Shown in pieces: positions 20,716 to 32,465 of a stretch of DNA of 64,000 nt (positions are counted from its first letter, which is position 1; every line of letters begins with the position of its first letter). The DNA comes from Candidatus Aceula meridiana. Its GTDB lineage: Bacteria; Omnitrophota; Gorgyraeia; Zapsychrales; Aceulaceae. Under the pieces are notes generated by a model, which was given only the letters and a program-made list of their open reading frames with translations, did no database searches and was not told the origin of the DNA. The DNA is taken from positions 123,538 through 187,537 of the forward strand of contig JAVCDE010000024.1 of NCBI GenBank assembly GCA_030765185.1. Direction: 5' to 3'. A program made the position numbers and the translations under genes.

Positions 20716-21894
20716 TTATTTTTTCTTTTTTAATATTTTTTTTGCTTCCTTAATAATTTTACCGGCCTTAACTTTGCCGAGGCCCTTAATCTGTGAAAGT
20801 TCTTCTGAGCTGCTTTCGGCAATGTTTCCTAAACTTTTAAAACCTTGTTCTGTCAATGCTGCAATAAGTTTATCTCCTACGCCGCTTAAATCTGCTAACG
20901 ATGATCCTTCGACAACAACTGAAGATTTCTGAGGTAAACTTTCCCCGTGTTCTGCCCATTGTGTTAAAGAAAAAACATCTAATTGCCAGCCAACCAGCTG
21001 ACTAGCCAGACGAATATTTTGTCCGTGTTTTCCAATGGCGATAGAAAGTTGGTCGTCGGGAACAACAACATTAGCGCGTTTTTCTTCTACGTTTAAATGC
21101 ATTTGAGCAATTTCAGCGGGTGACAAAGCTGCTTGAATATATGTCCGCCTGTCTTCAGCATAGCGAACGATATCAATTTTCTCTCCATGCAACTCTGTAA
21201 CAATACTTTTAACGCGTGAACCACGCATACCAACGCAAGCTCCGACACAATCAACCTTTTCTTCTTTTGACTGAACAGCAATCTTTGTACGTTCTCCTGC
21301 GTCACGGGCGATTCCTTTAACCTCAACAATTCCATCATAAATTTCTGGAACTTCCAGCTCAAAAAGGCGCTTAACAAGCTGCGCGTTCGAGCGAGACAAC
21401 ACAATCTGAGGACCTTTGCTTTCACGACGTACATCCAAAACATAAGCGCGAATACGGTCCCCTTGTCTAAACTCTTCTTTGCTAGATTGTTCGCTACGCG
21501 GGATAAAAGCCTCTGCCTTAGCTAAATCAACAATGATGTTGCCTTTGTCAATACGATAAACCGTACCATTAACAAGCTGCCCAATGCGCGCATAATATTC
21601 GCCAAAAACAACATCTTTTTCAGCCTCGCGTATCTTCTGAATAACAACCTGTTTCGCAGTCTGAGCTGCGATGCGGCCAAAATCTTTTGATTTGATTTCC
21701 TCACCATCGGCATAAGCGGTAAGCTTTCCACTTTGGCGGTCCAAAACAACTTGAATCTCTTGCTCTTTGTCAACAGTCCATATTTTTCGGGCTGCAGAAG
21801 CTACCGCTGATTCAACAGCCTCAATTAAAATTTCTTTGTTGACCCCCTTGTCCCGCTCAATTTGATCTAAAATAATCAGTAGTTCACTATCCAT
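20716..21894 (-). CDS. nusA: Transcription termination/antitermination factor NusA
   Basis: 392 aa. N-terminal domain, S1, two KH domains, C-terminal HhH. nusA-infB order conserved. Confidence 0.93.
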   Translation of the reverse strand: MDSELLIILDQIERDKGVNKEILIEAVESAVASAARKIWTVDKEQEIQVVLDRQSGKLTAYADGEEIKSKDFGRIAAQTAKQVVIQKIREAEKDVVFGEYYARIGQLVNGTVYRIDKGNIIVDLAKAEAFIPRSEQSSKEEFRQGDRIRAYVLDVRRESKGPQIVLSRSNAQLVKRLFELEVPEIYDGIVEVKGIARDAGERTKIAVQSKEEKVDCVGACVGMRGSRVKSIVTELHGEKIDIVRYAEDRRTYIQAALSPAEIAQMHLNVEEKRANVVVPDDQLSIAIGKHGQNIRLASQLVGWQLDVFSLTQWAEHGESLPQKSSVVVEGSSLADLSGVGDKLIAALTEQGFKSLGNIAESSSEELSQIKGLGKVKAGKIIKEAKKILKKKK

Positions 21895-21914
21895 TAAATT
21901 GTCCTTCCTTTATA

Positions 21915-22367
21915 TTATATAGCTTGCTTTGCATTATTAACAGTATCAAAAGAAATCTGACGTATTTCACCTTCAACATCGATAAAAAGGCAGCCATCCC
22001 TAACGGAATGGATGCTCCCTTCATATTCAAATCTTTCATCAATGGGTATTCGCAAAAAAACTTGCACCTTTTTCCCAATATTACGTAAAAAATCTTTTTC
22101 CGTGCATAACGGCCTATCAATCCCTGGTGAAGAAACCTCTAAGGTATAACTTCCTTCAAAAATGTTCTCTTCCTCTAGCTCTCTTCCGATGTCCTTATTA
22201 AGTCGTGCACATTCCTCAACAGTAATTCCGCCTTCGGGCTTATCCGCTAAAATCTGAATCAAATGATTCTTTCTTTGATGGTCAATAATCAATTCAATCA
22301 ATTCAAGACCCTTGTCTTTAAGGTGCTTTTCGGCAAGCTCAAGAATTCTTTCTTTTACCTGATCCAT
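21915..22367 (-). CDS. rimP: Ribosome maturation factor RimP
   Basis: 150 aa, upstream of nusA in the conserved rimP-nusA-infB operon. Confidence 0.88.
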   Translation of the reverse strand: MDQVKERILELAEKHLKDKGLELIELIIDHQRKNHLIQILADKPEGGITVEECARLNKDIGRELEEENIFEGSYTLEVSSPGIDRPLCTEKDFLRNIGKKVQVFLRIPIDERFEYEGSIHSVRDGCLFIDVEGEIRQISFDTVNNAKQAI

Positions 22368-22368
22368 T

Positions 22369-23622
22369 TTACTTTAGAATCTCTTTCATCTTCTTTACAG
22401 CATCTTCTTTGGCGACAACTATGACCTCGCCAGTGCGTCGGTCTTTAATTTCAACCTTGCCTTCAGCAAACATACGTTTTCCAATCATAATCCGATAAGG
22501 AATGCCGATTAAATCTGCATCATTAAATTTCTTACCCGGACTTTCTTCTCTGTCGTCAGTCAAGACATCGATGCCGCTCTGCGAAAGCTCCTTTTCATAA
22601 TCATAAGCTAATTGCAATATATCTTTATCGCTAACCTGTAAAGGCAAAATCTCTGCGTCAAAAGGCGTTATTTCTTTCGGCCAAATAATTCCACCTTCAT
22701 CATTATTTTTCTCAATGATGGTTGCGAGTAGACGGCTAACCCCGATTCCGTAGCACCCCATAATCACAATTTGTTTTTTTCCTTTTTCATCTAAAAATGA
22801 TACGTCCAAAGCTTTCGAATATTTTGTCCCAAGCTGAAAAATATGGCCAATCTCAATAGCAGGTTTCTTTTTAAGCTTTTCCTTTTTGCATTTTGGGCAA
22901 GCCTGGCCCTCTTTAGCCTCACTTATGCCAAGTGCATGACCGCATGCTGGGCATACTAAAACTTCGTCTTCACCTATTTCAGCTGGAACCATGTACTCAT
23001 GAGAGATATCTCCTCCCATGGCTCCTGAATCTGCCCCAACAATAACGACATCAAGCCCACAACGAGCAAAAATTTTCTGATAAGCACTGTACATAAGCTG
23101 ATAATTCTTTTCAAGGCCTTCCTTGTCGCGGTCAAAGCTATACGCATCCTTCATAATAAATTCACATGCACGAACGATACCAAAACGTGGACGCATTTCA
23201 TCACGAAACTTTGTCTGAATCTGATAAAGAACAAGTGGAAGCTGCTTATATGATTGAATGTGATTTTTAACCAAATCCGTTATAGCCTCTTCATGCGTCG
23301 GGCCTAAGCACATCTGTCGGCCCTTTTTATCTTCAAACCGGATCATGACATCTTTTAAAGTTTCATCCCGGCCTGTTTTTTTCCACAAATCCATCGGCTG
23401 TAAACATGTTAAAAAAAGCTCTCGTGCGCCAATCGCGTTCATTTCTTCATTAATAATTTTTTCTACCTTTCGAAGCGCACGTAAACCTAAAGGTAGATAC
23501 GAATAAACCCCTGAGGTTAACATTTGAACAAGACCGGCGCGCAAAAGAAGCTTATGACTTATCGCCTCAGTGCCTAACGGCGTTTCCTTAATCGTTGGAA
23601 TAAAAAATTGAGTCCATCTCAT
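22369..23622 (-). CDS. proS: Prolyl-tRNA synthetase (bacterial type, lacking the INS editing domain; a C4 zinc-ribbon mini-insert takes its place)
   Basis: Class II motif 2 (FRDEMRPRFGIVRACEFIMKDAYSF) and motif 3 (GCYGIGVSRL). Between SHEY and IEIGHIFQLGTKYS, where E. coli carries a ~180-aa INS, only ~35 aa are present, containing CPACGH…CPKCKK. Confidence 0.9.
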   Translation of the reverse strand: MRWTQFFIPTIKETPLGTEAISHKLLLRAGLVQMLTSGVYSYLPLGLRALRKVEKIINEEMNAIGARELFLTCLQPMDLWKKTGRDETLKDVMIRFEDKKGRQMCLGPTHEEAITDLVKNHIQSYKQLPLVLYQIQTKFRDEMRPRFGIVRACEFIMKDAYSFDRDKEGLEKNYQLMYSAYQKIFARCGLDVVIVGADSGAMGGDISHEYMVPAEIGEDEVLVCPACGHALGISEAKEGQACPKCKKEKLKKKPAIEIGHIFQLGTKYSKALDVSFLDEKGKKQIVIMGCYGIGVSRLLATIIEKNNDEGGIIWPKEITPFDAEILPLQVSDKDILQLAYDYEKELSQSGIDVLTDDREESPGKKFNDADLIGIPYRIMIGKRMFAEGKVEIKDRRTGEVIVVAKEDAVKKMKEILK

Positions 23623-23786
23623 TTTGTGATCCTTTTATTCAAATCAAATTTTCATTTGATATTTCTCTCACCTTAAAACCATATAACAAAATGTTTAAAT
23701 GCAAAACGCCTTTGGCTGGGTTAACCCCACAAGTCGCAATAAATTAAGGCGCTGTGGCCCTGCGTGTGGATTTTGCATTAACAAAA

Positions 23787-25055
23787 TCAAAGTTCAAAAA
23801 GGTTACTTGGCAATTTTATATTACGTTTTTCAAACTTTTTCAAGAAAGACGGTTTGCGCTTTTTCAAAACCCAATTTCCTATGACCTTGCCGTCTTCAGT
23901 AATTTCCTTTTGATCAAAATAAAAAACGTCTTCTAAAATAACGTCTTTATTCTCACCATCATAATAAAGATCTGCAATGTGCGTAACACGCCGTTTTCCA
24001 TCAATAAATAATTCCACATGGACAATGAGATCAATAGCGCAGGCGATTTGGCGTCTAATTTCATCAACGCTAAGCTGTATTCCGCTCATTAAAAGCATAG
24101 TAACTAAACGGTTGTAGCAATCTGTAGGCGATTCCCCATGAACAATAGCCAGAGATCCTGAATGACCGCTGCTTATAGATTGAATCAAATCCAATGCTTC
24201 ACTGCCACGAACCTCGCCGATGATAATACGGTCTGGACGCATACGAAGCGAATTAACAAACAAATCGCGGATACTTACAGTCCCCTTACCTTCTACGTTG
24301 GCAGCTTTCGCCTGCAGTCTTACAACATGCTCTTTTTTAAATCCAAGCTCTGCGGTGTCCTCAATCGTAACAATACGCTCTTCCGAAGGAATATGCTTTC
24401 CTAAAACATTAAGAGCTGTTGTTTTTCCAGTACCAGTCGCTCCAGAAAAAATAATATTTAACTTTGCTTTAATTGCAGCAACCAAGAATTCTGCCATTTC
24501 CTCGTTAAACATTCCTAATTTTATCAAGTCATCGACAGTCTCAATTCTTGATGAAAATTTCCGAATAGTCACAATAGCCCCGCTTAAAGAAACAGGAGGA
24601 ATAACAATATTAACACGAGACCCATCTAGCAGCGAAAAATCAACATAAGGAGAAGACTCATCAACTCGCCGTCCAGACCCAGATGCAGCTAAAATTTTTT
24701 GAATCATATGTGAAAGTTCATTGCTACTCTCAAATTTCACATCGCTTAATTGAATTTTTCCATCTCTTTGAATAAAAATTTGAGTTGGTCCGTTAATCAT
24801 AATTTCACTAACAGATTCATCTTCCATGAGATCACGCACAGGCCCCAAGCTAATGACGGAGCTCACAATTTCACGAACAATAGAGCCTATTTCCTCCTCA
24901 TTTAAAACAATTTCGGCTTTCTGACAAATCACATCAATTGCCTTCAAGGCATAACGACGAAGCTGATCATCATCTATATTGTCTTTGGCCTTAACAAAGT
25001 CTGTTTCCGTGATAAGATACTGACGGACTAATCCTTTGACATTATCTAGAAGCAT
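23787..25055 (-). CDS. cpaF: CpaF/TadA-family secretion ATPase (type II/IV secretion NTPase), orphan
   Basis: Walker A FSGATGTGKTT, Asp box, Walker B, His box (SGHSGSL). 422 aa. No other pilus/secretion genes are adjacent. Confidence 0.85.
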   Translation of the reverse strand: MLLDNVKGLVRQYLITETDFVKAKDNIDDDQLRRYALKAIDVICQKAEIVLNEEEIGSIVREIVSSVISLGPVRDLMEDESVSEIMINGPTQIFIQRDGKIQLSDVKFESSNELSHMIQKILAASGSGRRVDESSPYVDFSLLDGSRVNIVIPPVSLSGAIVTIRKFSSRIETVDDLIKLGMFNEEMAEFLVAAIKAKLNIIFSGATGTGKTTALNVLGKHIPSEERIVTIEDTAELGFKKEHVVRLQAKAANVEGKGTVSIRDLFVNSLRMRPDRIIIGEVRGSEALDLIQSISSGHSGSLAIVHGESPTDCYNRLVTMLLMSGIQLSVDEIRRQIACAIDLIVHVELFIDGKRRVTHIADLYYDGENKDVILEDVFYFDQKEITEDGKVIGNWVLKKRKPSFLKKFEKRNIKLPSNLFEL

Positions 25056-25068
25056 ATCTTTTCTCCTT

Positions 25069-26160
25069 TTAAAAACCTATTTTTCCTGCAAAATAAACAA
25101 TTTTATCGAAAAATCCATAACGAGCAAAATCAGTGTAAAAAACAAAAAGAGCTAAAAGAATTATCATGCTTAAGCCCACACGATGAATTGCCTCATCAAC
25201 CTTTTTCGATAGAGGCTTACCGCGTAGTTTTTCAATTCCAAAAAGAAACAGGTGCCCACCATCTAAAACAGGAAGCGGTAAAAGATTAAAAATCGCTAAA
25301 CTTGCTGAAATAACTGACATCAAATAAACAACATAAGAGAATCCCAATTGTGCTGCTTCCTTTATCATATAAAAAATACCAACAGGACCGGTAACCGCAT
25401 CTTTTGCTGCCATCCCTCCTGTGACCATTAAATAAAGCGCTTTATATGTTGTTGTCGTAATCGCACCTAGTTTTTGCGCAGCCTTAACCACTGCAGACAA
25501 CGGTCCATATCGAAGAAGGATAATTTCTTTTTCAGGCCGCATACCTACAAAACGCGATTGAATTTTTTGCCCAAAAATATTTTCTGCCTCTTCTCCAACC
25601 GGATTAACAATCACATGAAATGGCGTGTTTTCACGAAGAACAAGAAAATCTAAGGACTTCCCCTTTGAGCGCGAAACAGTTTTCTGAAGGTCTTCCCAAT
25701 TCTCAATCTTTTTCTGGCCAATTTGCTTAACTGTATCTCCTACGAGAAGCCCTGCCTCTTGAGCAGGATATCCGTCGATTAGCTCTCCAACTTTTGGAGC
25801 CATAGTAGGATAGCCCACCATAAAAACTACACAAAAACAAATATAAGCAAAAACATAATTAACAATCGGTCCGGCCAAGACAATCAGCGATCTCTGACCA
25901 ATTGGCTTTGAATAAAATTCATTTGCCTTGCCCGTACAGTCATTCCGTTCGTCGCCCGCCATTTTAACATAACCACCCAAAGGAATTAAACAAATTAAAA
26001 ACTCTGTGCCCCCCTTAATGCGCCGACTTAAAAGTTTCGGGCCAAATCCAATAGCAAAACGCTCGACATGGACACCCATCTTCCTTGCCGTAATAAAATG
26101 CCCATACTCATGAACGATAACAAGAATGCTTAAAACAGTAATAAAAACAAGTGTTCCCAT
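25069..26160 (-). CDS. rseP: RIP zinc metalloprotease RseP (site-2 protease)
   Basis: HEYGHF zinc motif near the N-terminus, PDZ domain, multiple TMs, 363 aa. Confidence 0.92.
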   Translation of the reverse strand: MGTLVFITVLSILVIVHEYGHFITARKMGVHVERFAIGFGPKLLSRRIKGGTEFLICLIPLGGYVKMAGDERNDCTGKANEFYSKPIGQRSLIVLAGPIVNYVFAYICFCVVFMVGYPTMAPKVGELIDGYPAQEAGLLVGDTVKQIGQKKIENWEDLQKTVSRSKGKSLDFLVLRENTPFHVIVNPVGEEAENIFGQKIQSRFVGMRPEKEIILLRYGPLSAVVKAAQKLGAITTTTYKALYLMVTGGMAAKDAVTGPVGIFYMIKEAAQLGFSYVVYLMSVISASLAIFNLLPLPVLDGGHLFLFGIEKLRGKPLSKKVDEAIHRVGLSMIILLALFVFYTDFARYGFFDKIVYFAGKIGF

Positions 26161-26164
26161 TTTT

Positions 26165-27328
26165 TTATCCCATCATTTTTTGGGCTTGTTGACGCGCCCA
26201 TTGATCTGCTTTTAAAATTTCTTTAATTCCAAATTTCTTAGCCGTTTGATGCTTCTTAACAACGCTCGAAACTACCTTGTAAATCTTTGAAAACTTTATT
26301 CTTCCCTTTAAAAAGGCTTCCACAGCCTCTTCATTGGCAGCGTTTAAAACGCTACCGAAAGTCTTTCCTTTTCGCGCAACCTCATAGCACAAGCACAAAG
26401 ATGGAAATTTCTTAAAATTCGGCTTTTCAAAAGTCAGCTGCCCCTGCTTAACAAAGTCTATGGCTCCAAGGCCTGTTTTCATCCTTTGGGGATATGTCAA
26501 GGCATACTGAATAGGAATGCACATGTCAGTGACACCTAGTTGGGCAATGACCGCACCGTCATCAAATTCAACCATCGAATGAACAATAGATTGAGGATGA
26601 ATAACGACATCAACCTCGTGAGCTTTTAGCCCAAACAGCCACATCGCTTCAATAATTTCAAGGCCTTTATTCATCAATGTTGCTGAATCGACCGTAATCT
26701 TTTTTCCCATTCTCCAGCGCGGATGCTTTAAAATCTTTTTAACAGGAATTGCGTCGAAACATTTTTGATCAACATCTTTTAAGGGACCACCCGATCCTGT
26801 TAAATAGACCTTCTTAACCTGTTCTCGCGCCTGCCCTTGAAGGCATTGAAAAATTGCACTCTGCTCACTATCAACGGGTACAATCGTTGCTTTGTGCTTC
26901 TTGGCCTCACGCATAATAATCGGACCAGCCATAACCAAAGCTTCCTTGTTCGCTGGAGCCACAATTTTTCCGTGCCGCACAGCAGCAAGAAATGGCTTTA
27001 AAGCAGCGCTTCCTTGGATTCCTAAAATAACGATGTCAACATCGCGCCGCGCAACAATTTTCTCAAGCCCATCGGATGCATTAAGAATTCTGACCTTACG
27101 TGGATGTATCCTTCTTTTTAAAAGAGCAACATTTTTATCATCTAAAGCAACGCATTTTGGATTAAACTGCTTTATTTGTTTTTCTAAAAGGCCGATATTG
27201 CGATAAGCACTTAGTCCGACAACTTTAAACCTTCCTTTAAAACGCTTAATAACTTTCAAGGCGTTAATTCCAATAGAGCCTGTCGACCCTAGTATAACGA
27301 CATTTTTTACGCTCATTTTATGTGGCAT
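26165..27328 (-). CDS. dxr: 1-deoxy-D-xylulose 5-phosphate reductoisomerase
   Basis: VVILGSTGSIG NADPH-binding start, 387 aa, canonical uppS-cdsA-dxr-rseP context. Confidence 0.95.
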   Translation of the reverse strand: MPHKMSVKNVVILGSTGSIGINALKVIKRFKGRFKVVGLSAYRNIGLLEKQIKQFNPKCVALDDKNVALLKRRIHPRKVRILNASDGLEKIVARRDVDIVILGIQGSAALKPFLAAVRHGKIVAPANKEALVMAGPIIMREAKKHKATIVPVDSEQSAIFQCLQGQAREQVKKVYLTGSGGPLKDVDQKCFDAIPVKKILKHPRWRMGKKITVDSATLMNKGLEIIEAMWLFGLKAHEVDVVIHPQSIVHSMVEFDDGAVIAQLGVTDMCIPIQYALTYPQRMKTGLGAIDFVKQGQLTFEKPNFKKFPSLCLCYEVARKGKTFGSVLNAANEEAVEAFLKGRIKFSKIYKVVSSVVKKHQTAKKFGIKEILKADQWARQQAQKMMG

Positions 27329-28142
27329 GCAAGGCTGAACTCATATAAAGGTAAAATGCCGGCGCGGAAAAAAGCAGGCTATCGATAACATCTAATATCC
27401 CACCCATGCCCGGCAATAATTTTCCAGAATCTTTTACGTTGCAGTCCCTTTTAATCATAGACTCAGATAAATCTCCCAATTGCCCAACAGCGCCAAAAAA
27501 AACACCAACAAAAAAGACACTAGCTAGCGTATAAGGAATTTCTGGTGGCAAGAGTGGCCAACACAAAACAGCAGTTATCCCACCGAATAAAAGGCTCGCC
27601 CACCATCCTTCTGCGGATTTCTTTGGGCTTATTTTTGGGATAAGGGCATGTTTTCCAAAACGACTTCCAATGATCAAGGCCCCAATATCTGCAGACTTTG
27701 TCACAAGTAAAATGAAAGCTAAAAGCCTCGCCCCATCAATGCCTGGAATCAAAAGGCGGATTTTAACTAAAAAACTAAAAAACCACGAAACATATAAAAT
27801 ACCAAAAAGCGTTGTAGAAATCCCAATGATTGCATTACGATTGTCTTTGCGTGAAAACTGTAGAAGCAAAAGTAACAAAAACCCCAAAACAATAAATAAA
27901 AGCTCCCAATTCTTCGTGAGCTCAAATTTTGTAAAAATCGACAATGGAATTAAAATACCAATAAAAATACCAACATAGCTATAAATTGGAATATCTTTTT
28001 TCTTAACTAAATAAAAGAATTCATATAAAGCTCCAGCTGTTAACGCAATGACAAAAGCAATAAAAAACCACTCATTGATGATGGCAAATGCCGTAAGCGC
28101 AACCATAATCGTAGAACTTGTAATTCTTTGTCTCGACATCAT
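27318..28142 (-). CDS. cdsA: Phosphatidate cytidylyltransferase
   Basis: Polytopic membrane protein with the CdsA C-terminal signature (GDLSESMIKRDCNVKDSG…PGMGGILD). Confidence 0.92.
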   Translation of the reverse strand: MMSRQRITSSTIMVALTAFAIINEWFFIAFVIALTAGALYEFFYLVKKKDIPIYSYVGIFIGILIPLSIFTKFELTKNWELLFIVLGFLLLLLLQFSRKDNRNAIIGISTTLFGILYVSWFFSFLVKIRLLIPGIDGARLLAFILLVTKSADIGALIIGSRFGKHALIPKISPKKSAEGWWASLLFGGITAVLCWPLLPPEIPYTLASVFFVGVFFGAVGQLGDLSESMIKRDCNVKDSGKLLPGMGGILDVIDSLLFSAPAFYLYMSSALHAT

Positions 28143-28888
28143 TATCCTTCCGATTTATTAACTTTACCGTAACGCCGTTCTCGCTTTTCAAATTCTTTTA
28201 GAGCCTTGAAAAATTCTTTCTTGTCAAACTCAGGCCAATGTTTTGAAGTAAAATACAACTCGCTGTAAGACAATTGCCAAAGTAAAAAATTACTAATGCG
28301 CTGTTCTCCGGAAGTCCGAATAAGAAGGTCAGGATCCGGAAAATCTTTTGTATAAAGCGCTAGGCTGATGGTTTCTTCGTCAATAGCTTCGCTATCAATC
28401 TGCCCTTTTTTTACATCTGATGAAATCTTTTTAACAGCGTCAACAATCTCTTGCCTTGACCCATAATTAAACGCAAGATTAAGCGTCATATTGGTATTAT
28501 CTTTTGTCTTTTCTTGCGCTTTATCAAGCTCTGAAAGAACTTCCTCAGGAACTCCTTGTCGCCTGCCAATGATATAAAAACGAATACCATTGCGGTTAAG
28601 TTTGTTAATCTTTTTCCTCAGATTGATGACAAGAGCACGCAATAACATCTTAACTTCTTTTTCAGGCCTTTTCCAATTCTCCGATGAAAAAGCGAACAGC
28701 GTTAATACTTTGACTCCAGCCTTATCAGCCGCTTCAACAATCTCATCGACACGACTAACGCCCTTTAAATGTCCGTAAGAACGAGGCTTTCTGTATTTCT
28801 TTGCCCACCGCCCATTACCATCCATGATGATGGCCACATGTTCTGGGATTTTCGTTGACCTCATCTTCTCTCCTGCTATCTTTATCAT
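28142..28888 (-). CDS. uppS: Undecaprenyl diphosphate synthase
   Basis: HVAIIMDGNGRWAKK motif, 248 aa. Confidence 0.95.
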   Translation of the reverse strand: MIKIAGEKMRSTKIPEHVAIIMDGNGRWAKKYRKPRSYGHLKGVSRVDEIVEAADKAGVKVLTLFAFSSENWKRPEKEVKMLLRALVINLRKKINKLNRNGIRFYIIGRRQGVPEEVLSELDKAQEKTKDNTNMTLNLAFNYGSRQEIVDAVKKISSDVKKGQIDSEAIDEETISLALYTKDFPDPDLLIRTSGEQRISNFLLWQLSYSELYFTSKHWPEFDKKEFFKALKEFEKRERRYGKVNKSEG

Positions 28889-28904
28889 CTAGCAAAAATT
28901 TATG

Positions 28905-28951
28905 TTAAAAAAATCAAAACTCAAATAAAATGGGGGATAGTTATCCCCCAT
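28905..28951 (-). terminator. Rho-independent terminator downstream of the 29012-29380 gene
   Basis: Minus-strand RNA reads AUGGGGGAUAACUAUCCCCCAU (8-bp G/C-rich stem, 6-nt loop) immediately followed by UUUUAUUUGAGUUUUGAUUUUUUU. Confidence 0.75.
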
Positions 28952-29011
28952 CGTAAAAAAGCCTTAAACGATAACAAATCAAAAAATCCTATCGCATCAA
29001 ATCCCCAATTT

Positions 29012-29380
29012 TCATTTCTTTTTACCTGGGTCTGGTTGAGTCACCAAAACATTTTGTAATTCTCTTTGCAAAATGTCGTTAAGACGGTGCGCCTTTTCTA
29101 AATTAATTTTAAGGTCGGCGATAGCGCCTTTATCTTCTCTTAAAAGAGCCTCAAGGCCTTCAGCTTCTTTTTGCACCTTCTGAACCTGACCCTCTAAAAG
29201 ATGAATTTTGCTTTTAGATTTCTCGAGCTTCTCTTCTGCAACCATGCGTAGATAACGTTCTTCGTTTAAATCATTCTTTGCGAAGGACATCTTTTGGCTA
29301 GCCAAAATTGCAATTGCTAAACAAGCTACCGTTAGCAATACACATACGATTAATATATTCTTTCGTGATGCTTTATTCAT
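29012..29380 (-). CDS. Small membrane-anchored coiled-coil protein
   Basis: Single N-terminal TM helix (ILIVCVLLTVACLAIAILA) followed by a heptad-repeat coiled coil, 122 aa. Co-transcribed with the OmpA-like gene. Confidence 0.55.
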   Translation of the reverse strand: MNKASRKNILIVCVLLTVACLAIAILASQKMSFAKNDLNEERYLRMVAEEKLEKSKSKIHLLEGQVQKVQKEAEGLEALLREDKGAIADLKINLEKAHRLNDILQRELQNVLVTQPDPGKKK

Positions 29381-29389
29381 TGCGCAAAA

Positions 29390-30025
29390 TTATTTTAAAT
29401 TTTCCCCTTGAACCGAAGTTTTTTTCTTAATAGTATTTGGCAAAATCACAATTTCAACACGTCGATTCTTTTGACGCCCCTCTTTAACATCGTTTGATGC
29501 CACAGGCTGATATTCACCGTAACCAGTTGCGGATAAACGATCTGGGCGAAGACTTTGCTCATCAACCAAATAATGCAAAACACTCATAGCTCTTGCAGAT
29601 GATAACTCCCAATTTGATTTCCATCCAGATTTGGCAATCGGAACATTGTCTGTATGGCCTTCAACACCAACGTTTAGGTCGCTAACCGTTGTCTTTAAAA
29701 CACCCGCAATCTTATCTAATTTCTCAAAAGAATCATTTCGAAGCTTTGCTTTGCCTGAATTAAACAAAACCTCGGAAACAAAAGTAATAACAAGTCCTTT
29801 TTCGAGCATTTCGATAGAGACTTCCTTGTCATTAATTTCACCGCGAAGCCTGTCTTCAAGCTCAAGTTTAGCTCTTTCTAAATCACTTATTTCCCGCTTT
29901 AAGTGAGAAATTTTCTGGATATCTGAAGTTCTTCCCTTTTGGAAGACAACGGTACAACCGGTAAGACTGACAGTTAGGATAACTGCAAAACAAATAAAAG
30001 CAAAAATTGAAGTAATTCTACGCAT
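29390..30025 (-). CDS. OmpA/MotB-domain peptidoglycan-binding lipoprotein
   Basis: Lipobox LTGC. C-terminal OmpA_C motifs (GHTDNVP…N…LS..RA…V, RRVEI). Confidence 0.8.
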   Translation of the reverse strand: MRRITSIFAFICFAVILTVSLTGCTVVFQKGRTSDIQKISHLKREISDLERAKLELEDRLRGEINDKEVSIEMLEKGLVITFVSEVLFNSGKAKLRNDSFEKLDKIAGVLKTTVSDLNVGVEGHTDNVPIAKSGWKSNWELSSARAMSVLHYLVDEQSLRPDRLSATGYGEYQPVASNDVKEGRQKNRRVEIVILPNTIKKKTSVQGENLK

Positions 30026-30116
30026 TTTCTCCTCCTTTTTAATAATTCACATTAGCATATGGTTATTTTAAAGTCAAGCGAATACTAACTACACTATTTA
30101 CCAATAAGATACGTCT

Positions 30117-32443
<2,327 letters not shown>

Positions 32444-32465
32444 TAAAATTTAAAAATTGCAATTC

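Noticed and set aside
23718-23727. Perfect palindrome GGGTTAACCC upstream of proS, considered as an operator
   Set aside because: A 10-bp perfect palindrome is expected dozens of times by chance in 64 kb. There is no second half-site and no flanking conservation.
23623-23786. 164-nt proS upstream spacer examined for a T-box, SRP RNA or other ncRNA
   Set aside because: Too short for a T-box leader. No specifier/T-box consensus or SRP domain IV motif was recognisable by eye. Only weak imperfect stems were seen.
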